Shown one piece after another: positions 51,301 through 62,055 of a DNA stretch of 64,000 bases. Below the pieces are notes generated by a model. It did no database searches. It saw only the letters and a list, made by a program, of their open reading frames with translations, and had not been told where the DNA came from. The translations under genes were made by a program, and so were the position numbers. Numbering within the stretch: position 1 is the stretch's first letter; each line of letters begins with the position of its first letter. The DNA comes from Bilabrum cf. latius (lineage: Eukaryota). The stretch spans positions 744,001 to 808,000 of the forward strand of contig OZ237751.1 in assembly GCA_965178125.1 (NCBI GenBank). The letters are read 5' to 3'.

Positions 51301-51693
51301 GTGAGCGTGGACATGGCAGCGTGCCAGAGCGATCTACTAGGGTTCTGCTATGGAGCAGGGGCAGGTGAATTGCGTGGGTCCGCTGGAAGTTTTCTTTCCA
51401 AGGACAAGCAGTCCGTGCTCGCCACTCTCCAGCCCGGCAAGCAGTACTACGTCGTGTCGTCGGAGAAGAGTGGCGGCGATGCGTTTGCTAACATGGACGA
51501 CCCGGCTGCCATGACCACGCACGCACACCGAGACGGGGCATGCATCATGGTACACGCGGGGCCGGGCAAAGGCACAGTGGCGGGAGGGGTGCGCAGGGCA
51601 GCGGGAAGCGAGTCGTTTGAGGTGTCCAGGTAGATCCACGGGGCGTATGGGCCGCTGAACCTGCTGCTGGGTGCGCCTCGGGAATCGGAGTAA
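48334..51693 (+). CDS. Secreted GH59 galactocerebrosidase-like glycoside hydrolase with N-terminal ricin-type lectin-like region, ~1119 aa
   Basis: Signal peptide MRLIQLVSALCSLQVVIA. GH59 motifs FDGVGGLAAVGGARLLYEYPEQQREEILDLMF...QILKTEQPGDG, FDYAGVHNE and YWNSE. Seven in-frame TAGs; TAA stop at 51691-51693. Confidence 0.88.
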
Positions 51694-51971
51694 GTGGCAA
51701 GGGCACGCGCCCCTCTTTGACTGCAGCCAGCTTGTCGCGGATCTGATGACTTGGGCTTGTGGCTGCTGTGCGCCGTCATGCCCCCCATGGCAAGGTAGTG
51801 GATGTCGGTCACGGGGCTCAGCTAAGAAGTACTATTCATAGTAACAATTTCCGTTTTTGACTTCAATAAGCGTCGATAATTTAGCATTAGACCAACCCCG
51901 CCCGCCTTGGTTGACACTCCCAATCGAGATCGGCCGCCTCATCAGGACCCCCCTACACCTTCGTTGCCACT

Positions 51972-53495
51972 TCAGTCGTGCATGCACCCCTCCACACCGC
52001 CCCGACTCGCGGGCAGCGGACCGATGAAGAAGCGCTGCCTCCCGTCGTACGCAAATGACCCTCTCGGGTATGCCGGTATCATCTCCTCTCCGCTATGACG
52101 AGTGCCATCGTCTGCTGCTCTCCGGTCGACCTGATTATCAGTGCCTGGCACTGGATCAATGTCCATGTCAGCCGCTGAAGGAGAACCTGCCGCGCTACCG
52201 ACCCGCGGCATCGCGCTGCTCCAGAACCGCAGCACGGAATCAGAGACAGACAGTAGCCGCCCCCAGATGCCCCCGAATAGGTGGTGCATGGGGATGGCTT
52301 CCACCGAGCTGGCCAGGCCGAGAGGAACAGCATCGGCATGCACGCCTGCAACTGCGGCAGAAGCAGCAGCGGCTGCCGTGTGTTTATCCCTCACCTGTCC
52401 CTCCCCTGCTGATGCTCGGCTTGAGGCTTGTGCAGTAGCTTGTGCAGTAGCTTGTGCAGTAGCTTGCGCAGTAGCTTGTGCGGGTGCTTGCAGCGGCGGT
52501 TCCTGCTGCGGACCTGCCTGCATTGGCTCAGCTGAGTCTTGCCTTGCTCTCAGGATAGAAGCCTCTTTCGCGTGCTACTCCTCCAGTAGCAGCCTCCTGA
52601 GCTCCTGGTCGATGGCAGTCACGGCCTCCAGGCAGCCGGTTGCAACCGCAACCGTGGAGTCGTCTTTCATTCCCGATGGGATGTGGGTGTCCCTTGGGTT
52701 GATGCGAATCAGAGACCCATTACTGCGGGTAGCCATAGACTCTCCCGTAACTCTCACCGTTGGAACCGCTGTGCCGGCTCCGATCTCCACGACGGCCACC
52801 CGATGCTCGCCCTGAGCACCTGCTCGGACCGCCTCCTTGGCCCACTCTTTGAACCGCTCGTGCTGCTCGTCGGTTCTAGTCGAGACCCAGTCTCCGTCAC
52901 CAAACATTAGCACGTTTGGTCGTGCAATAAATTCCGAGTCTCCGCACGGACACACCGGAATGGAATCGGGAGAGGCTCGAAAGGACTCCATGTCCACGTT
53001 CGGACGCACTTGGTCTGCCGATTCGATGCGATGTCCCGCCTCGCCGCACACCCATGGGTTGCAGCACTATATGTAATGGATAGACCCGTGACACTCGACT
53101 ATTTTATCATTGTCCCACCCTGATTTCTGCCAGTGACCATCCACGTTGCTCGTAAAACTAAACATACTAGCGTTTAACAGCTTTCCCCATTCTCGAATGA
53201 TACCAAAACCAGCGTGCGGGTCGATATTCCTATATTGGTGCAACCTATGACCGTAAAATGCCCAGGCTAGTTCAGGATCACTCGCAAACCATGCTGGGTT
53301 TGCAGCACGCTGGAAGCTAATTCCTCTATTCTTGAATGCAGGATAAGCATTCCAAAAACCCTCTCTCCCGCGAAAGTCTCTTAGACCAGAATCGACGCCC
53401 ATACCTGCTCCACTGGTGACAAGGACGTGTCTAGCAGTGGCAAGAAGCCGGGCGGCTCTACGAACGCTCAATGACACATTCGCAGAGGCGGCCAT
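51972..53495 (-). CDS. NAD-dependent deacylase, Sir2 family, with low-complexity C-terminal extension, ~507 aa
   Basis: GAGMGVDSGLRDFRG, FTSNVDGHW, ECHGSIHYI(TAG)C, ARPNVLMFGD, EIGAGTAVPTV and LIRINP. Two TAGs; TGA at 51972-51974. Contains a short AQAT repeat near 52425-52480. Confidence 0.92.
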
Positions 53496-53711
53496 GGGAT
53501 ACCGACAAATTCGCTGCGCTTCTACCGGTAGCACACACACACAATTGCACACAGTATGTGCAGGGGAATTCAATTAGTATTCTGCACTTGCGATTATTGT
53601 GATCAAGATACACTTGGAGACGTTAGAAATATCTTCATCTTTATATATTGCCAGTCGTCCGGATAGTTGCAACCGCTCAAAATTCCAATATAAAATAATT
53701 AGATTGTTGAG

Positions 53712-56621
53712 ATGGATGAGGATGCGGAGTCTTTCGAGTACGAAGCATCGTTTGGGGGGACTGCAAGCATCGAAGAAGGGTGCAGACCTTTTGAATTGGA
53801 AACAGATGTGACCGTCTCAACTCTGAGCCAGGTTGAGGCTGATTGCGAACTGATAAACCAGTGCGTTCCAGGAATCAATGCGGCATCTTTTGCAGCGTCA
53901 CCTTTATCAAGCTTCGTTTGGCTCAGTATTTCGTTTCGTCGCCTGAAGCTCGGTAGTGAGCAAGCCATTGCTCTGGGGCTCTACCCGGAGTTCCCATATA
54001 TTGCAATTCGCCTCACTTTCAACCGCTCGTACGAGCACTAGACACACAGCATGTCAGAGCCAATGGTAAGCCCTGACGACATTATTCAGACAAAAGACCC
54101 TAGTAAGCTGGGTGAGGGCCTGGATTTCGCCCCGTATCACTGCCGATGCGGCCTTGCCGGTCTCATCGCGGATCGCCTTGGTACCTTTCTAAGCGGCAGG
54201 CCCAAGGCGGCCGCCACGGCCCACACAAAACCAGGCTTAAAAAATGAGAATAAGCATATCTCATGGGTGGATATCTTGTTTGGGCTCAATCGGCACCGCT
54301 CCGAATCCAGGTTGGATTGGGGGGAAAAGACGGCTGCTGGAGCTTCGGGCGCCACTACCAAGGCGCACAAGTACGAAGGCAAGCACGAAGGCAAGCACGA
54401 AGGCAAGCACAAAGGCAAGCACGAAGGCAAGCACAAAGGCAAGCGCAAAGGCAAGCGCAAGGGCAAGCTGTCTAGGGCCGCTGATTAGGGAGCCGAAAAG
54501 GGTGGCCAAAGCCGCACAAAAGCGGCAAGCAGTGCCGCTGGATCGCACGGTGGCACTCGGCAGCACGATATAGGTCACGATACTGGCGGCTTCGATGGAG
54601 ACTTGCACCGTAATCTCAGCGGGTGCATGCACACGGATCTGCTGTGGCCAGTGACTCGAGCGCATGCCCTGACTTCAGTTGAGGCAGGACCTCATAGCCT
54701 TGCCGACGCGTTAGCGTCCCAGATAGAGTCGGGTGCGAGCACCTGCGGGTTCTCATACGCCGTGATGCCTCGGTGGGTAGCTGCCGATATAGACGGAGCA
54801 ATGGCTGCTTTTCTCCATGAGCATGGGGATGCAGGAGTGGCTGCCGAGCCAGCAATAGAAAAGTACAGTCCTTCTTCAGCGGCTGCAGGTATGTCCAGTA
54901 TGGGATCCTTTGGAGAAGACTCTTTCCCTTTCGGGTATGCGAGCATGCCGCACCCCGAGGCCATGGCAAAGGTTGCTCGCGCGCAAGGTGGACGCTCATC
55001 TGAAAGCAAGTACGCACGCCACGGCGCAGATCCGTCGTTAATGTCTAGTCCTAGTTCGGCCGCTGTACCAGGGTAGAGTGCCGGCGCTGGATAGAGTGCT
55101 AGTGCTAGCAAGCATGTTGCAGCAGATGGCTCAGGAACTGTTCACACAGCGGCACCCGCTCTGACTGACGAGCCACCACTGATGACCCGCGCTCTGTCCG
55201 GTTCCTCCGAGCGCTCGACAGGCCCCGTCGTGCACCCCATGTTGCTGAGGACACAGATGGAGCCATATCTGTCAACCTTCAACCCGCTCGTATCGATCTA
55301 TCTGTTTGTTGAAGCGGTTGTGCAGAATGCCCACCGGTGCTGCCTCAGCTGCGGGATACCCCTGCGGATGTCAGGCATGAAGCCGTCCATTTGTGGCAGC
55401 TCGTTGTGCACGCATCGCTACACCGAGCTGGGGCTGGGCATGACGCTAGACAGCATGGTGCTGCAGCAGCCACAGGTGGTGGACCTCTTGATCTCTCTGT
55501 TCTATTCATTCCTTGCGAACAGCCACCGCAAGGAACTCAGGTGGGACGCTGACATGATGGCGCAGGTTCTCAGCCACGACAAAGCGAAGAAAACAGCGTA
55601 TGCCGGGCCTAGCACTAGCGCGGCGACTGGGGGGGCCAGCTCTGGTGAGGGCCCGACTCGTGCTGCCGTCCTAGCCAGCATAAAGAAGGACAAGCGCAGG
55701 CACGCCAAGCTCAAGTCGATCGATGTAGAAGAGGCGGCTGCGCGGCTCCTCCGTGCACTGGACGCGTGTCCGAGCCTCGGACAATTGCAGGTGCTAGCTA
55801 AAAAATATGGGCTAGATGGCCTAGTGGCCAAGCTGAATTAGTTGGACCCGTTGATAGTGCCGATTCTGCGCATGCTCGTGGTAGACACGCCCGCACACAT
55901 CCGGGGCCTGACGCTGGGCGGCGAGACTATTCCGGGTTGCGACAAGGGATGGGTCTTTGTGTTCAAGGCAGGGGAGCTGAGCAGGGAGGCAGAATTCCAG
56001 GACATGCGCGAGAGACATGGGTCGTTTTTCGCTTTCCACGGGAGCCACGCGGCCAACTGGCACGTCATTCTTAAGACGGGGCTCAAGAACATGTCTGGTT
56101 CCAGGTACATGTCGGCTGGGGCCGCATTTGGGTCCGGCATCTACTTCGCAAACAGCTCCAGCCTTTCCTCTTGCTATGCGCGCGAGGAATCAACTTGGCC
56201 GAGCTCCATGTTTGCCATGGACCCCAAAACCTACAAGAGTCTACCGCATGCAGCAACGCAGGGCGGACCAAGAACGGAAAAGCGTTTGCGGGGACTGGCT
56301 AGGGAGTGCAAGGGCGTTGCCAAGTCATCTCCAGACATCGCCGCTGTTTCGGTGATGGCGCTGTGCGAGCTGATTCCGGTGGGCGAGGGCGAGACTGACT
56401 ACTCGTATGGTGGTCACTTGCCAAAGGAGGGGGAAAGCAGCAGAACAAATGCTGCCGGCGTTCATGTGCTGAAGGACGAGAGCAAAGTGGTGACTCGTTA
56501 CCTCATTGTTTCACCTGGTGGGACTCCTGGCCACAGCATTGACTTGCAGCCGACTGAAGAGTACTACTCTGTAGCATTGCACGACCTTACGAAGCGAATG
56601 GTTGCAAAGGTTCAAGCTTGA
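53712..56621 (+). CDS. PARP6/PARP8-like mono-ADP-ribosyltransferase, ~969 aa
   Basis: C4 finger CLSCG...KPSICGSSLC, VVDLLI, and the catalytic FAFHGSHAANWHVILKTGL...GAAFGSGIYFA. Five TAGs; TGA at 56619-56621. Confidence 0.88.
54369..54467 (+). repeat. 12-bp coding minisatellite (KHEG/KHKG/KRKG), ~8 copies, inside the PARP gene
   Basis: AAGCACGAAGGC-type units are directly visible. Confidence 0.9.
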
Positions 56622-56760
56622 TTGATTATTTGGGTGCATCCATCGATTGTATACGCAGCCTGTACGGCCTGTTCCACCGGCGCCAGGCTGAGCAGGATCA
56701 GTAGCTGTGCGGCTAGAGGGCCAGTCGGTTGCGGAGTTGTTGGGAAGCGAAGGGGCGGGA

Positions 56761-56826
56761 GAAGTAGGCTGGGATAGCGTGTCTGGTTGGGGAGAAGTAG
56801 GCTGGGATAGTGCGTCTGGTTGGGGC
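56761..56826. repeat. 33-bp tandem duplication in convergent intergenic region
   Basis: GAAGTAGGCTGGGATAG(C/T)G(T/C)GTCTGGTTGGGG occurs twice, at 56761 and 56794. Confidence 0.85.
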
Positions 56827-56924
56827 AGACTGGGCCGAGTGAGCCCAGCGCCTCACCGTCGCAATACAGTTGAAATCTTCTTCTTCTCCGAATCCAATTA
56901 AAGGCTACACATGTGCTGCGACAT

Positions 56925-59510
56925 TCAGATTCTCATAGCAGCTGCGACACACCGAGGAAGAGACCAGAGCGACAGTCCGTTGGAGCCATTCCGCAAAATA
57001 CTGCCGGTGCCAAGCTCCCTCCAGGCAGCGCCATCAGCGGATGGGCGAGTCCCGCCTCCATCCGCCGATTCGAAGGCAGCATTCATAGCAGCCGCCGCAG
57101 GAATCCTCCCTTCACTGGTACCAGTCCATGATTCTACATCAGTTCGAGATACTGTAGCGCACGCAATCTCGCACTGGACCGATGCTGCGGCAGCTCCATC
57201 GCTCGTTGCAGCTGTCGCACCATCTGGCTGCAACACCCGCACACGGAGCATCACAGCATCGCTCCATTGCATGGACGCCTCGCAATCATCACTAGTTACG
57301 CCTAGTGCAAAGGCTCGAATTTCTGCCAGGAAACTGCGCAGCGAACCGCCCCCCGACGATGACGGAGCAGGTGCCCCAGACGGAGCTTGCTCCCCGTCGC
57401 AGACCCAGGCAAAGCACCTCGCCGCAGCGCTCACAGCAGGGCCACTCACGGAAGAGGCAGAGCCAACGGCACTATCAGGTTCGAGTTTCTTTGAATCATC
57501 CTGTTCCATGGGCGGCTGAGAGTCTGTCGACGGCTTTGAACAAGGCGGGCCGACGATGCAGCTAGCAGCGAATGCAGCGCTCCGCACGATGCTCCCAAGC
57601 ACCTGTGCGGCTTCCAAGGCAATCATTGATCGACGAGTTGCTGGCTCAAGCCCTGCTCCCGCGAGCTTGGACCATTCGACGGGATCAGATTCTGCCTCTG
57701 CAGCTCCACGTGCTGGGCGAACAAGACCGAGGTCGATGGACCGGAGGAAAGGCGCATCCGTGCAGCGCTGGTCCGTTCCGGGCCACATTTCTTTGCCTTC
57801 TTCTTCTACACGCGCTCGCTTACTTGAGGGGCTTCCATCGGTTCGTGGCTAGGAGCTTGCGCTTGAACCTGCCCGGCCGCACAGCCCCGCCCATGTGAGC
57901 AGCTCTATCCGAGCAAGTGCTCTGACAGGAGACGGCACTCCCTCCGGTTGCATCCCCACCAGGTGCATGCATCGCGCCCATCCACTCGTCACACATTCGT
58001 CCCGAACCTTCTGGTGGAGCACGAGTCCCATCGGTACCACCGCTGCCTAGGCTGATGGGGCGTGAGCCGCAGAAGCAGCAGAAGCACCACCACCTGCACC
58101 CACTGCCAGAGACGCCGAGCCGCCCGCCATTCTTGCAATGCTCGGAGTGGTTGGAATCGGCGCACGAAGCTGCATCGCGGCGCCGATCCCGGAGGGCCTG
58201 GTTCCGTACGCCACCACCCCGGAGCATGCCCTCCGCGCCATGGCCAGTTCTCCTTCGGCCCCTCGCTGGCACACGGCCCCCGCCTCCAAGGCGAGCACAG
58301 GGTCAACGGAACTGCTGGTAGACTTGCCACTCGCGATCACGAGCATGGACTGCGCCCGTCCACTCGTCACACTTATCACCTCCTCGCTGCTGAGAGGGCT
58401 GGACAGATCCACCCACGCCCCATGCATGGCCAGTGTCCTTGCCTCTACTCCGTCAGGGCAGAATGCGAGGCCAGTCCCCACACCCGCATCCTGGGCAAGG
58501 AGACCCTCGTCCACGTGCGGGAGCAGCGGCACAGTGGTCCCTGGTGCCTCAAACATCCCGGTTGCAACCGCGTGCCTGCTGAGCTCCCTGAGCAGCATCG
58601 CCTAGATGCCCTCCCATGCGCCCGCCCGCGCTGTCGCAAGTGCCGATTCGTCCAAGTGGTCTGCAGACAACACGCCGTCGTCATCGTCATCATCATCGCC
58701 GCCGTCCTCCATTGCTTGTCCATCTCCTGCGCCCGGCTTCGCCTCTGCTCCACCGCTTGCACCTGTGCTGGCGGGGGCCTGTCCCGCGCTGCCACCCCCG
58801 GATATGCTGCATCGCGCCGCTTCCTAGAGAACTAAAAAGCTCGCAGAGTCCCATGATGCGGTTGTTTCACCGAGCAGCTCAGTTTCCGGGTGCCTTTTTG
58901 GTGGAGTGACGGAAAGCTGCAGCTCGAGTGCGAACGACGAGTGCCCGATTGTGATCTCAATTTTCCGGGGGCTCTAGCCATTTGGCACGTCGGAACTAGC
59001 TGAGTCGCTCTCTTCCATTTCTGCCGAGCCGACTGCAGCACCACCGTCATCCACTGCGGCAGCTGACAGCTCCAGTTCGTGCCCCTCTGCAATAAGGGAT
59101 TCTGTCGCTCTCACCACGGGCTCCAAGGCAATAATCGCTGCTTGCCGTGACATTTCGTCCTGAAATATGGATCGCACTGCCTGCAACACGGCTTGAGCTC
59201 CAACCATTCCCTGTAGACCGACCTTCATGGCATCGTGTCTGGCTGCGATTGCTGCAACAGACGATAGCTCTGCGAGGACCTGCCGCGATATTCTCCCATC
59301 TGGCGGTCCCCACGGGCTCATAATGGTAGACAGCTGCGCAAGGGCACGGCGGATTTGCTTTATTTTGTGCCTCGAGCGGTGAATCGCGAACAAGCTGTCG
59401 CTGGCCGAAACGGTGGACCCAACGCGGCCACATCCCGACGGACCGTCCACAATAACTGCGACATCTGCTAGAATACTGCGCAATGCGTCGCCTATTGTCT
59501 CTACTGCCAT
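56925..59510 (-). CDS. Hypothetical Ala-rich protein, ~861 aa
   Basis: Four tracked ORFs in one frame. ATG 59510 (MAVETIGDAL) to TGA 56925-56927 through 5 TAGs. Confidence 0.72.
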
Positions 59511-59673
59511 GAGTTTTACCTGAAATTGTTGAATAGATGTAGACCAAGTGCCTGCCAGCCGCTTCTGAATCTGCGTGCGGTGCACCCCGGAAGGGATTTC
59601 AAGAAAAAGAATAAATGTAAGAATTGGACACAGTGTGAGAACAAACATAACTCCTTAGCACACAATAGAATTG

Positions 59674-61713
59674 TCAACCATTCGTCAGCGCCCTCGGTCC
59701 CTTGGTGGCCATCTCCTTGCCCCAGCGGACCACCTCGGCCTCCCGCAGCCGCTGATCGAACGCGAACTGCGGACTTGTAAGCCGCTTCGTGTAATCCTTT
59801 GCGACAAGCTAAGCTGGGGTCACGCTTGCAGAAGACACCCCACCACCGCTGCCCCCTCCAGAGCCCGCAGAGGCGCGCTACGACTTGGCGGCCAGCGAGG
59901 CGTCGTACTCGCGACCATAGCCCCAGAACCAGTCGGACGAGTAATCGTCGAGCGGAACGAATGACGTCACTACAATCCGATCCCCAAACGCCCGCCCGGA
60001 CAGCTCCTGCTGCAGCTTCACCGCGGTTGCAACCGATTCCAGCTCGAGGAACAGCGAGCCCATGCCCGCCACCTGCATGCGCGGTCCCCTCTTTCGGTCG
60101 ACTGCCGCGAGGAATCGGTCCCCTGTAACCGACTGCACCACGGACTTGCCTCCAAACACCGTCATGGTCTCCGTGTCGGGTTCGCCTAGCCTGCACCTCT
60201 CGTCCCACGCGTGGGTGGCGGCATCGTCCCAAGCAAAGGGGGGCAGCCGGCGGGCCCAAGTGGCGCGCGGTGCCTTCCAAGACATCAGCGCGGCGCCGCT
60301 CTTGGCGGACCCTCCCCCGCTGCCGGCCTCCCACCTCCTCCTCTTCTTGCCTAGCTCTGCCCCAGCAATACCATCCGCTCCTTGCCCCGCCCTCGCACCA
60401 GCAACATCACCATCACCATCAGCCCCTGCTTCAGTCTCCTCTCCCTCACGCTCCTCTCGCCAGCCCTTGAGCAGCTGCTCCACGTGCGCGACCGCGTCTT
60501 CCAAAATGTCGTCGAATAGAGCCGCATCTTTGATCTGCGCATCGCTCGCTAGATTGTGCAGCGCGAGGACTCGAGTCGACGCGCCCACCAGGCTGCGCTG
60601 GGCCAGCCCCGGCACACCCCTCAGGTGCAGTGGCACTGAGGGCCCCTCCGCGGACGTGGGCTGCAGCTGTTCCCTGAGCGCAGGGGTGAGCGAGTCCGCG
60701 GGGGCACCCGCCCTGCCCGCCCGCCTGTAGGTCTCTACCCATGGGGATCCCGGCTCGGGGCCTCCCAGGAGGACGTGTGCCTGGGCGGGCTGCGGGGGAC
60801 GCGGGGGCAAATCGAGCACGCCCTGGTCCTGGTGCAGCTCAACGGATACCTTGGGTTCCCCCTGGATGCCTCTGATGGGAACCCCGCCAGCGACTGCCGC
60901 CGCGGCGCATGCCGCCACCATCGAGGGCACGCCAGGGAGGCCAGTCCCGAAGGCAGATGCGGCGCAGGCTGCCACTGCAGTGCTCTGTTCCGGGGCCAGT
61001 CCCAGGTTCGGATCCCGGAGGGCGGCCCGCCGCTGCAGCAGGGATTGCACGGCGGCACCCGCTTCCTCCCGGGGAACAAATGCCTCCCCGGTGCGCACCA
61101 TCGAGGGGAGGTGGGCCTGGGCCTGTACCGCGGCGGAGGATGCAGCCGACTGAGAGGACGAAGTGGGCGCTTGCATTCCCGTGGCCATTCGAAGGAGCGG
61201 ATTGTCAGATGCAGCCGCTGCTGAGGCCGCAGCAGAGCTTAGCACCATGGTGGGAGCACCAGCATCCTGCTATGCTTTGCCTGCAGGGCCCATGTCGTAC
61301 TCTTTGGTTCGCTGCACTCGAATGAGGATGCCGGCGATTTTCAACCCACTAAACGATATGGCCACTGAAGCCGCCAGCGAATGGGTAAATTCTACAAAAC
61401 GGAACGTTTGGTCACTTCTACCGGTCGACTGCACGTCAATGACCGGGCCAGGTTGCTGGAATAGGCCTGTGCCAACCAGCAAAGCATTGAAGACGGAACG
61501 AATCACAGCATCGTGCATGTCAGGTGGCGCCCCGCCAACGTAGACTCGCCTTGCTTCTCGAGCACACACTTGAGCGGCGGCGGCTTCAGCTCTCTGCCTT
61601 TCAGCCCTCTCGGCGAGCATTTGCTGCACTTTATACTTCATGTCATCCGAAATCATTGGAACTTGGGCAGCCGGTGCCGTGCCAGCGGGGCCAGGCAGAT
61701 CACTTGATGACAT
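59674..61713 (-). CDS. Divergent U2AF65 (U2AF large subunit)-like RRM/UHM protein, ~679 aa
   Basis: RRM1 ARRVYVGG...FRFVEF...FSGLKIAGILIRVQRTKEY. The UHM is split into STRVLALHNL...FDDILED and GMGSLFLEL...LSGRAFGDRIVVTSF. Three TAGs; TGA at 59674-59676. Confidence 0.75.
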
Positions 61714-62055
61714 AGTTCACACTAGCAGGCGAGAGCAATCAAGTATACGCGACCTGCTTTCAAGATTGCAAGAAGTTGCATCGCTGCCAATCCCGTGCTA
61801 TCATTGTAACGTGCAGGTTATTCAGACTGCCAGATTCGTAAAATGTGGCATGCACGGGACCATCCTCAGTACTACAGAAATATTTAGAATAGTATGATAC
61901 AATGGCTGTAGTAATCTCCCACACTAGATGAAGTAGGCCAGAATCCACCCGATTTCAAGAAAATCAGAATTGGCAACTCGGAGCCATTCGGGGGAAATCC
62001 ACTGCTGGTCGGGAATATCAAACCTTGCAGTCCCCTCGCCGAGATAGCCGGAATC

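Noticed and set aside
4868-51633. Tiny in-frame introns hiding the TAGs (TAG as splice acceptor)
   Set aside because: Paralog, repeat and family alignments are gap-free across the TAGs at 7169, 6503, 28910 and 53067, and there are no consistent upstream GT donors.
59420-59465. VIVDGPSGCGR as a P-loop NTPase Walker A
   Set aside because: It lacks the invariant GK[ST], and no Walker B was identified. At most a degenerate relic.
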